Shown piece by piece: positions 1 through 7,916 of a DNA stretch of 14,748 bases (within the stretch, counting starts at the first letter, position 1; each line of letters starts with the position of its first letter). This stretch comes from Spirochaetaceae bacterium (GTDB lineage: Bacteria; Spirochaetota; Spirochaetia; DSM-2461). Below the pieces are notes generated by a model. The model made no database searches and had not been told where the DNA came from. It saw only the letters and a program-made list of their open reading frames with translations. A program made the position numbers and the translations under genes. The stretch is from the NCBI GenBank assembly GCA_051531975.1, contig JAOPTT010000025.1:1-14748 (forward strand), given 5' to 3'.

Positions 1-99
1 CTCTATTACTGTTGTTAATACCCAAGTGGTTAATAAATTAACTTAAGGATTTATGCTACAAGATTAAATCGTTACGACTTGTTCCTGTGATGCTCGATG

Positions 100-128
100 A
101 ATATAGCAAATCAACATATTTTTGTCAA
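100..128 (-). promoter_or_regulatory. Strong sigma70-type promoter firing leftwards out of the window
   Basis: On the minus strand: TTGACA (128-123), 17-bp spacer, TATATT (105-100), with an extended -10 TGn (TGC at 108-106). The target gene lies beyond position 1. Confidence 0.7.
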
Positions 129-155
129 TAACTATTTATCATTTTTGCTATAATT

Positions 156-932
156 TTAATCTTTCCAAGGAAATATCATTCCTCTTAAAGATCTAGGACC
201 TATATTTTCATTTAATTCATAGGTTAACTCTCTCCAAGGTATCTTTTTTCTATTGGCATCAGGGTTTTCTTCCAAGTATGTATACTTTAAATCATACATA
301 TGTACTGTTGTATCTAAAACACAAGCAATCGAAGATAAACCAGGAGGTAATAGTCCTAAAGATGGCAACGAAAGTAAAAGTAGTATAATTGAATATATAT
401 ATATAAAGATACCAGCAAGTGGATTATCCAATAATATAATAAAACACTTCTTTAAAACCTTCTTAAAAGAACCTTCCAATCTTATTTTAATCGGAAAGAA
501 CATTAAAACAGCCATAGATGTCATTGCAGAGAACCAAAATACTAAAGCTAATGGAATTAATGAAAACATACCTTGACCATTTAAATAATAAAAAATAGAA
601 AATGATGTTATTATAATAAAGAAAGACCAAGTAACAGCAAACTTTATTTTAATGCTTAGATCCTTTTTTAAATATTTAACATACTCAGAAATAGGAGTTA
701 TAATACTATTACCAATATCTTTTATAAAATATGCTACGGTACCCTGATGAATTATAACTCCAATAAGAGCAATAAAAGCTACAGCAAAACCTAACAAACT
801 ACCACTAGAAACAATTTTCAAACCCAAATATGCCAAAAACAGAAATGGGATCGTCATAAAATTGAAAACTACAAACTTTAGGAGGTTATCCCAAGTATCA
901 AAAAATGCTTTTTTAATAATAAATCCAATCAT
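156..932 (-). CDS. Conserved hypothetical integral membrane protein (~5-6 TM helices, loosely DUF624/YesL-like)
   Basis: 258-aa ORF with several long hydrophobic segments and a polar C-terminal tail (NRKKIPW...GPRSLRGMIFPWKD) that I recall from spirochete hypotheticals. Family assignment is tentative. Confidence 0.75.
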   Translation of the reverse strand: MIGFIIKKAFFDTWDNLLKFVVFNFMTIPFLFLAYLGLKIVSSGSLLGFAVAFIALIGVIIHQGTVAYFIKDIGNSIITPISEYVKYLKKDLSIKIKFAVTWSFFIIITSFSIFYYLNGQGMFSLIPLALVFWFSAMTSMAVLMFFPIKIRLEGSFKKVLKKCFIILLDNPLAGIFIYIYSIILLLLSLPSLGLLPPGLSSIACVLDTTVHMYDLKYTYLEENPDANRKKIPWRELTYELNENIGPRSLRGMIFPWKD

Positions 933-938
933 AGTGTT

Positions 939-967
939 AATATATATATATAACTATGAATAGTCAA
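939..967 (-). promoter_or_regulatory. Sigma70-type promoter, probably giving a leaderless mRNA
   Basis: TTGACT (967-962)-N17-TATATT (944-939)-N6-ATG (932). No Shine-Dalgarno sequence upstream of the ATG. Confidence 0.55.
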
Positions 968-975
968 ATTATTCC

Positions 976-3069
976 TTAAAACTTCATTGAAAGTGAAATA
1001 CGTTTTCTAGGGATATCAACATCTAAAACTTTTACACTAACTTTTTGCCCTGTCTTAACAACAGTAGAAGGATCAGATACATACTTATTAGCTAATTGAC
1101 TTATATGTACAAGTCCATCCTGATGAACTCCAATGTCTACAAATGCTCCAAATGCAGTTACATTTGTTACAATACCAGGAACAATGGCATCTGGCATAAG
1201 ATCCTCAATATTTTTGATCTCACTATTAAAATGAAAAACTTCAAATTCATCCCTTGGATCTAAACCTGGTTTTGATAATTCTGATATTATATCTTTTAAA
1301 GTAGGTATTCCGACCTCAGTATTAACATATTTTTTTATATCAATAGAAGATTCTAATCCAGGTTTACCTATTAAATCTTCAAGTTTAATATCTATATCGT
1401 TAGCTATCTTCTTTACTAGATCATAACGTTCAGGGTGAACACTACTTCTATCTAATGGCATCTTAGAAGCTCTAACTCTTAAAAAGCCTGCAGCTTGCTC
1501 ATAAGCTTTTTGCCCAATACCTTTTACTTTCAATAACTCTTTTCTTGATTTAAAGCCGCCATGAGAATCCCGGTATTCTATTATATTCTGGGCACTACTT
1601 TTATTAAGACCAGCCACAAAGGATAATAACTCCTTACTTGAAGTATTTAACTCTACACCTACAGAGTTAACACAACTTATTGTTGTATATTCTAATGATT
1701 CTTTTAATAACTTCTGATCGACATCGTGCTGATATTGCCCAACTCCTATAGATTTAGGGTCTAATTTAACTAATTCGGCAAGAGGATCCATTAATCTCCT
1801 ACCAATTGAAATTGCTCCCCGGACAGTTAAGTCTAAATCTGGAAATTCTTCTCTTGCACAAGAAGATGCAGAATAGATACTAGCTCCAGACTCACTTGTC
1901 ATAATAACTGGTATTTTCAGGTCTAATTCTGAACAAAAATCTTCCATTTCACGTCCCCCTGTTCCATTACCAACAGAAATAGCCTCAATTGAGTATTTAT
2001 TGCATAGTCTTTTTAAAACCTGAGCTGATTCCACTTTTTTATTATGAGGAGGTAGAGGTTTTATCAAAGTATTCTCTAATAGTTTCCCTTGCTTATTAAT
2101 ACAAACAACTTTACTACCAGTCCTTAAACCTGGATCGATAGCTAATACTGTTTTTTCTCCTAAAGGTGGAGCTAGAAGTAGTTCACGTAAGTTCTCTTTA
2201 AATATATCAATAGCTTTTTCATCTGCAATTTTTTTGTAATTATTTTTCATCTCTGTCTCTAAGGATGAATGTAATAATCTCTTATAACTATCTTTTACTG
2301 ATTCTTCAATTATAGATTTATGAATTCCTTTCCCATATAATTGGCCAATAATCATATGAGCATCATCTTTATCAATATTAATACCAAATTTTAAGAAACC
2401 TTCAGATACACCTCTTTGAATAGCCAAAAACCGGTGTGATGGTATATTTTTAAGCTCCTCAGAATAATTAAAATAGTCTTTAAATTTTATAGCATCATCT
2501 TTTTTACTTTTAACAACAGAACAGCTTATCTTACCTTTCTTATTAAAATGATTTCTAAGATATCCTCTAACTCTTGAATCTTCGTTAATTATTTCTGCTA
2601 TAATATCTTTAGCACCATCAAGAGCAACATCTTCATTTAATACATCACTGTTTATAAATGAAGATATGTTAAATCTTTGTCCATTAAGTATATTTAGAGC
2701 TAATGGCTCTAATCCTAACTCTTTGGCCTTAACACCTCTAGTTTTTCGTTTAGGCTTATAAGGAAGATAAAAATCCTCTAATTCAGTTAATGTTCCACAG
2801 TTCTTTACAAGCTTTTCTAATTCTACAGTAAAAAAGTTATTATCTTTTAATGATTTTAAAATTGCGGCCTTTCTTTTTTCCAGATCTTTATATTTTTCAC
2901 TAAGTTCCTGTATAGCTAAAACAGCAACTTCATCTAGTTCTCCTGTTGCTTCTTTCCTATAACGAGAAATAAATGGAACAGTTGCTCCCCCATCTAATAA
3001 CAAAACGACACTTTCTACTTGTTTTATACTTATTTTTAACTCTTTAGCTACTTGTTCTTTAATATTCAT
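976..3069 (-). CDS. tex: Tex/YhgF transcriptional accessory RNA-binding protein
   Basis: 697 aa. Tex N-terminus (GATVPFISRYRKEATGELDE; LEDFYLPYKPKRKTR), YqgF/RNase H-like domain (LAIDPGLRTGSK; SESGASIYSAS), HhH region (DPKSIGVGQYQHDV) and C-terminal S1 domain (NVTAFGAFVDIGVHQDGLVHIS). Confidence 0.96.
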   Translation of the reverse strand: MNIKEQVAKELKISIKQVESVVLLLDGGATVPFISRYRKEATGELDEVAVLAIQELSEKYKDLEKRKAAILKSLKDNNFFTVELEKLVKNCGTLTELEDFYLPYKPKRKTRGVKAKELGLEPLALNILNGQRFNISSFINSDVLNEDVALDGAKDIIAEIINEDSRVRGYLRNHFNKKGKISCSVVKSKKDDAIKFKDYFNYSEELKNIPSHRFLAIQRGVSEGFLKFGINIDKDDAHMIIGQLYGKGIHKSIIEESVKDSYKRLLHSSLETEMKNNYKKIADEKAIDIFKENLRELLLAPPLGEKTVLAIDPGLRTGSKVVCINKQGKLLENTLIKPLPPHNKKVESAQVLKRLCNKYSIEAISVGNGTGGREMEDFCSELDLKIPVIMTSESGASIYSASSCAREEFPDLDLTVRGAISIGRRLMDPLAELVKLDPKSIGVGQYQHDVDQKLLKESLEYTTISCVNSVGVELNTSSKELLSFVAGLNKSSAQNIIEYRDSHGGFKSRKELLKVKGIGQKAYEQAAGFLRVRASKMPLDRSSVHPERYDLVKKIANDIDIKLEDLIGKPGLESSIDIKKYVNTEVGIPTLKDIISELSKPGLDPRDEFEVFHFNSEIKNIEDLMPDAIVPGIVTNVTAFGAFVDIGVHQDGLVHISQLANKYVSDPSTVVKTGQKVSVKVLDVDIPRKRISLSMKF

Positions 3070-3143
3070 AATTTATTATATCCAGTTTTTAATCAATTTA
3101 TATAGGCTTATATTTAATTATAACTTTAAGAGGTTGTTTTTAT

Positions 3144-3154
3144 GCCGATACTAT
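3144..3154 (+). promoter_or_regulatory. Sigma28/FliA-like -10 element GCCGATAC(TAT)
   Basis: 7/8 match to GCCGATAA, ~39 nt upstream of the ankyrin gene ATG. The -35 match is poor. The same CCGATACTAT 10-mer occurs at 11330-11339. Confidence 0.4.
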
Positions 3155-3182
3155 TAAAAAAATATACAAAATAGGAGATCTT

Positions 3183-5699
3183 ATGTCAAAAATAGGATTA
3201 ATAATACTAATTACCGGAATACTAATCTTTACATCATGCTCAACTGGATCAGATACTAATGAAATTCCAGACAACAGTGATAATAATGTAGAAGTTTTAG
3301 ATACCCAATCACTCCACTCTTTGGTTCTTTCGGGAGATCAAGATAAATTAAATGAAATATTTAAAATTGATACAGATATAAACGAAGTTGATGTTAATGG
3401 CCGAACTCCTTTACATATAGCAAGTAAAACAGGAAGTGATAAAATTGCAAAGTTTTTAATTTCTCAAGGTGCTGAACTAAACATACAGGATAAAGAAGGT
3501 TATACCGCATTACATTTAGCCATTATTGAGGGCAATAATAATATTAGTAGTGATCTAGCTGCTGCTGGAGCAAGTATATTTATAAAAGATTCACTTGGAA
3601 GAACTCCATATAATGAAGCAGTAAAAAAAGGCATCGATGCTGTAAAAGCTTTAATTTCTGATGAGAGCATTAAAAGTATAGATAATAATGGTAAAACATT
3701 ACTTCATTATGCTGCAGAAGAGGGCGATTTTGAGATTGCATCCTACCTGATAATAAATGGTGCTGAAGTTAATATGCGAGATAAAGCTTCTTTATTACCT
3801 TTAGACTACTCTTTATTAAATAAAGAGTCATTGAATCATGCTAAAACTGCTGCTCATCTTATTAGAAATAGATCTTACAATGCTGAGGATAATACATTTG
3901 ACTATCTTTATAGAGTATTAAAAACTGATGACTTAGAATTTAGATATGATTATAATAAAACAGCACTGCATATTGCAGCTGAAAATGGTCACTATGGTTT
4001 TGCATCACTTTTTATGCAAAACGGTATAAATGTTGAACTAAAAGACAAGCCAGGAAACACTGCACTACATACTGCCGTTGTAAATAATCATTATAAAATA
4101 ATAGAACTATTAATAAAAAATGGTGCTGACTTAGATTCAAGAGACTTTAATAATAATACTCCTCTACACCTATCTTTAGCATTTAGTTACTCAGGGCAGA
4201 TTCCTAAATATTTAATAAGTGAGGGTGCTGATATAAATGCTAAAGATAACTTTGGTAATACTCCTCTTCATTTAACTATTTCACTGAAACTAGAAAGTAA
4301 TATTGCTAAGTTATTATTAGATAACAGTGCTGATATAACAATAAGAAATAAAACAGGTAATACTGCATTAACTGAAGCAGTTAATAAAAACAACAAATCT
4401 ATTGCTCTACTGTTATTAGACAAAAAAGCCGAAATATATGCAAAAAATGACAAAGGAGAATCACCTTTAACTCTTGGTATTAAAAAAGGGTCCGTTGTTC
4501 TTGAATGGTTAATGAATGATGACAATATTAATTTCAAAAACAATGATGGTGATACACCTTTAATTATTGCTATAAGAGAATTAACAACACCAGAAATTGT
4601 GGCATTTTTAATTTCGAAAGGTGCTAATGTAAATACAAGAAACAAGAGTGGATCAACACCTTTACATGAAGCAATTATAATTGGTGATACAAGAATTATT
4701 AATATATTAAATGATAATGGTGCTGACTTTTTTGCAATAAATAATAATGGTGATAATCCATTTGATCTGATTTTTGAAAGAGGTGTAGATTTTTCAACTG
4801 AAATTTTGACTCCTGAACTTGTAGCTTTAAGAAACAATAGACAAAACACACCACTATTTTATGCAATTGATTGGGGAAGCCAAGATATAGTTCAAGTTAT
4901 TTTAGATAAAGGTGCTGATATAAATGCAATTAATATTAATGGAGAGACACCACTACACCAAGCAGTTTCAACTGATAATATTATTGTAGCAAATCTATTA
5001 ATAGAAAGAGGTTCAGCTTTAGAAGCCAAAGACTTCCAGCTAAATACTCCACTACACACCTGTGTTTATTGGAACGCTTCTGATACAGCTGATTTATTAG
5101 TTCAAAAAGGTGCAAATATTGATTCAAAAAATATAAAAAAAAGAACACCTTTACATGAAGCTGTTTTAACTGGGGACAAAAATATTGTTGGGTTCTTTAT
5201 TAGAAATGGTTCTAATATGAACTCTAGGGATAATAATGGCCAAACTCCACTGTTTTATGCTGTAAAAAATAACTTTTTTGAAGTTTTAAATATCTTAATT
5301 GAGGCTGGTTCTGATATTTCATTGAGAGATAGACAAGGGAATACTATATTACATGCAGCAGCTTTTGGTCAGAATCATGAAACTGTTAAAGTATTGATTG
5401 ATAAACAGTCAGATATATACGCAGAAAACAAATATGGAGATACTCCAGTATCAATTGCACTTACTTATGGATTAAGAAGTGTTTCAAGATTTTTTGATGA
5501 TAAAAACATTAATTCAATGGATAATAAAGGTTTTACACCTCTACATTTGGCTGTAAAATATCATGCTGATTACGAAGTTTTTGAATATTTAATTAAAATT
5601 GGTGCAGATAAAGAGAACATAAATAAAGATGGTAATACACCATATGATTTAGCACTTGAACTTAAATACGATGATATTTTATCTCTTATTAAAGATTAG
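3183..5699 (+). CDS. Ankyrin-repeat lipoprotein (~23-24 ANK repeats)
   Basis: RBS AGGAG at 3173-3177. Signal peptide MSKIGLIILITGILIFTS-C19 with a lipobox, then a polar linker. The rest consists of GxTPLHxA...GAdin ankyrin repeats to the C-terminus. Confidence 0.93.
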   Translation: MSKIGLIILITGILIFTSCSTGSDTNEIPDNSDNNVEVLDTQSLHSLVLSGDQDKLNEIFKIDTDINEVDVNGRTPLHIASKTGSDKIAKFLISQGAELNIQDKEGYTALHLAIIEGNNNISSDLAAAGASIFIKDSLGRTPYNEAVKKGIDAVKALISDESIKSIDNNGKTLLHYAAEEGDFEIASYLIINGAEVNMRDKASLLPLDYSLLNKESLNHAKTAAHLIRNRSYNAEDNTFDYLYRVLKTDDLEFRYDYNKTALHIAAENGHYGFASLFMQNGINVELKDKPGNTALHTAVVNNHYKIIELLIKNGADLDSRDFNNNTPLHLSLAFSYSGQIPKYLISEGADINAKDNFGNTPLHLTISLKLESNIAKLLLDNSADITIRNKTGNTALTEAVNKNNKSIALLLLDKKAEIYAKNDKGESPLTLGIKKGSVVLEWLMNDDNINFKNNDGDTPLIIAIRELTTPEIVAFLISKGANVNTRNKSGSTPLHEAIIIGDTRIINILNDNGADFFAINNNGDNPFDLIFERGVDFSTEILTPELVALRNNRQNTPLFYAIDWGSQDIVQVILDKGADINAININGETPLHQAVSTDNIIVANLLIERGSALEAKDFQLNTPLHTCVYWNASDTADLLVQKGANIDSKNIKKRTPLHEAVLTGDKNIVGFFIRNGSNMNSRDNNGQTPLFYAVKNNFFEVLNILIEAGSDISLRDRQGNTILHAAAFGQNHETVKVLIDKQSDIYAENKYGDTPVSIALTYGLRSVSRFFDDKNINSMDNKGFTPLHLAVKYHADYEVFEYLIKIGADKENINKDGNTPYDLALELKYDDILSLIKD

Positions 5700-5714
5700 T
5701 TTTTTAATATTACT

Positions 5715-5750
5715 AAAAAAGGGCTACTGTTTAAGCAGTAGCCCTTTTTT
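5715..5750. terminator. Bidirectional rho-independent terminator between convergent ankyrin and citrate synthase genes
   Basis: AAAAAAGGGCTACTG-tttaag-CAGTAGCCCTTTTTT: a perfect 15-bp inverted repeat with a GC-rich core and a U-tract on both strands. Confidence 0.92.
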
Positions 5751-7123
5751 TATCTTTCATTAGTTGGATGATACATATGCTTCTTAGCAACAGCTTTATA
5801 TGCTGGTCTAATAATTTTTCCACCTGAAACTATTTCTTCAATTCTATGTGCACACCAACCAGAGATTCTAGCAACTGCGAATATAGGAGTAAACATTTCC
5901 CTAGGAAGGTTTAGCATATCGTAAACAAAACCAGAGTATAAATCCACATTTGCACACATAACTCTGTCTGTATTTTTATGCTCTTGAAATAATTTAGGTG
6001 TTAATGTCTCAATTAAGTGATAAAGATGAAACTCCTTCTCTCTACCCTTTTCAATTGCCAAAGCTCTTGCTTTTTTTCTTAATAAAACTGCTCGGGGATC
6101 TGATATGGTATAAATAGCATGACCCATACCATAAACAAGGCCTGATTTATCAAATGCTTTTTTATTAAGAACATCTCTAATATACTTCTCAACTTCTTCA
6201 GCATCATCCCAGTTTTTTATAATTTTCATTGCGTCTTCCATCATTGCTCTAACTTTGATATTAGCACCACCATGTAAAGGTCCTTTTAGTGAACCAATGG
6301 CTGCTGATACTGCAGCAAAAGTATCTGTACCAGAAGATGAAACTACATGCATTGTAAAAGCTGAATTGTTACCTCCACCATGCTCAGCATGAATAACAAG
6401 TGAAAGATCTAATATCTCAGCTTCTAATTTAGTAAACTTTTTATTAGGTCTTAATAATCTTAAAATATTTTCAGCAGTTGAAAAGCCTGGTTCTGGTGCA
6501 TGAATATGTAGAGATGCTCTATCAAAATAGTGATTTTTGGCCTGGTATGCGTATGCAGCCATAACTGGCAGTTGTGCTATTAAAGACATACTTTGTCTTA
6601 CAATATTATTCACATCTAAATCTTCAGGATTTTCATCAAATGTGTAACAAGCTAGAACACTTCTAGCCAATTTATTCATAATATCAACACTTGGAGCTTT
6701 TAATATCATGTCTTCAATAAAACCATGAGGTAATGCTCTATGTTTTCCTAAATAATAATTAAAGTTTTCTAATTCATCTTTAGTTGGTAGCTTTCCAAAA
6801 AGCAGTAGAAAACTTGTCTCTTCAAAACCAAATCTGTCTTCATTTTGGAAACCTTCAACTATATCATATAAGTCATAACCTCTATATCTAAGTCTTCCTG
6901 GATGAGGTATTTTATCCCCTTCTTCTATGATATAACCATGAACTTCTCCAACTTCAGTAAGACCAACTACGACACCAGTACCGTCAGGATTTCTAAGTCC
7001 TCTTTTTACACTATATTTATCATAAAGATCCATTGGTATTTTATTATGTTCTTTGGCTAACCCTGTGTAATTATTTAATAATGGTCCAGAATCCAATTGC
7101 TTTAGTGTACTGTTTTTGTTCAT
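5750..7123 (-). CDS. gltA: Citrate synthase (citrate/2-methylcitrate synthase family)
   Basis: Catalytic motifs HAEHGGGNNS, GPLHGGAN, GMGHAIY, NVDLYSG and R..GWCAH, plus an N-terminal KRGLRNPDGTGV segment. Start moved from the track's TTG (7138) to ATG 7123 because GGAGG (7136-7132) lies 8 nt upstream, giving 457 aa. Confidence 0.93.
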   Translation of the reverse strand: MNKNSTLKQLDSGPLLNNYTGLAKEHNKIPMDLYDKYSVKRGLRNPDGTGVVVGLTEVGEVHGYIIEEGDKIPHPGRLRYRGYDLYDIVEGFQNEDRFGFEETSFLLLFGKLPTKDELENFNYYLGKHRALPHGFIEDMILKAPSVDIMNKLARSVLACYTFDENPEDLDVNNIVRQSMSLIAQLPVMAAYAYQAKNHYFDRASLHIHAPEPGFSTAENILRLLRPNKKFTKLEAEILDLSLVIHAEHGGGNNSAFTMHVVSSSGTDTFAAVSAAIGSLKGPLHGGANIKVRAMMEDAMKIIKNWDDAEEVEKYIRDVLNKKAFDKSGLVYGMGHAIYTISDPRAVLLRKKARALAIEKGREKEFHLYHLIETLTPKLFQEHKNTDRVMCANVDLYSGFVYDMLNLPREMFTPIFAVARISGWCAHRIEEIVSGGKIIRPAYKAVAKKHMYHPTNER

Positions 7124-7159
7124 ATAGTTAGCCTCCAAATAATTTTAATACCTTCATGC

Positions 7160-7177
7160 TTGTGTTATTTTTCACAG
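7160..7177. promoter_or_regulatory. Palindromic operator candidate (Rex- or CRP/FNR-family-like)
   Basis: TTGTGTT-ATTT-TTCACAG matches TGTGA-N6-TCACA at 9/10 and Rex TTGTGAA-N4-TTCACAA at 11/14. It lies in the trmB-gltA intergenic region ~37-54 nt upstream of the gltA ATG. Confidence 0.45.
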
Positions 7178-7199
7178 AGAAGAATAATTTTTTTTAGAA

Positions 7200-7871
7200 C
7201 TATTTTTTTCTAAAAAGAATTTCATTTATTTTATGTTGTTTATCTAGACCTTTTGACTCAAATTTAGTCCGTGGTCTCCAATCTTGTGCTGTTGCAAATC
7301 CATCATAGGGATTTGCTAATTCAGAAATACCAGAAAAAACATCTAATATGTGTTCTGCATAATCTTCCCAATCTGTAGCGACATAAATATAACCACCAAC
7401 TTTTACTATTTTTAAAACTTGTTGAATAAAATCAGTCTGAATTAGTCTTCTTTTATTATGTTTCTTTTTATGCCACGGGTCAGGGAAAAAAATATGAACA
7501 CCACTAATAGAATTTTGAGGGATCATATTATTTACAACTTCTACTGCATCATGTTCAATAACTTTTATATTATCGACACTATGCTCATTCATCTGGTGTA
7601 ATAATCTTCCAACACCTGGAGTATGAACTTCTATTCCAATATAACCATTTGTAGGATTATCTTGCGCTATTTGCCATGTTGCATCACCCATTCCAAAACC
7701 AATCTCAATTATTACATCCTGATTTGGAAAGTACTGATTCATATCTATTAAATTGCTTTGATATGGTATTGAGTTGCTTGGAAAGAGATTATCATAAGAT
7801 TTCCTTTGAGCATTGCTCATACGTCCGGCTCTAAGGACATAACTCTTAATCTGTTTTATCTTCTTATCCAT
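7200..7871 (-). CDS. trmB: tRNA (guanine-N7)-methyltransferase, m7G46
   Basis: Motifs SYVLRAGRMS, IEIGFGMG (SAM motif I), GIEVH, FFPDPWHKKKHNKRRLI, ATDWEDYA and TKFESKG. Confidence 0.96.
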   Translation of the reverse strand: MDKKIKQIKSYVLRAGRMSNAQRKSYDNLFPSNSIPYQSNLIDMNQYFPNQDVIIEIGFGMGDATWQIAQDNPTNGYIGIEVHTPGVGRLLHQMNEHSVDNIKVIEHDAVEVVNNMIPQNSISGVHIFFPDPWHKKKHNKRRLIQTDFIQQVLKIVKVGGYIYVATDWEDYAEHILDVFSGISELANPYDGFATAQDWRPRTKFESKGLDKQHKINEILFRKK

Positions 7872-7878
7872 TATTTAT

Positions 7879-7907
7879 ACATTACTCAAAAAAAACACAA
7901 AAATCAA
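7879..7907 (-). promoter_or_regulatory. Candidate sigma70 promoter for leaderless trmB
   Basis: TTGATT (7907-7902)-N17-TAATGT (7884-7879)-N7-ATG (7871). No good SD. Confidence 0.4.
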
Positions 7908-7916
7908 GGTATTCAA

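Noticed and set aside
71..80. GTTACGACTT matches the 16S rRNA 1492R primer core
   Set aside because: Only 10 nt match and the flanks do not continue the 16S sequence, so this is likely chance.
253..576. Plus-strand 107-aa ORF
   Set aside because: Antisense shadow of the membrane protein gene, with no recognisable motif or RBS.
4268..4849. Minus-strand 193-aa ORF
   Set aside because: Antisense to the ankyrin CDS. The open frame is explained by codon bias of the real gene.
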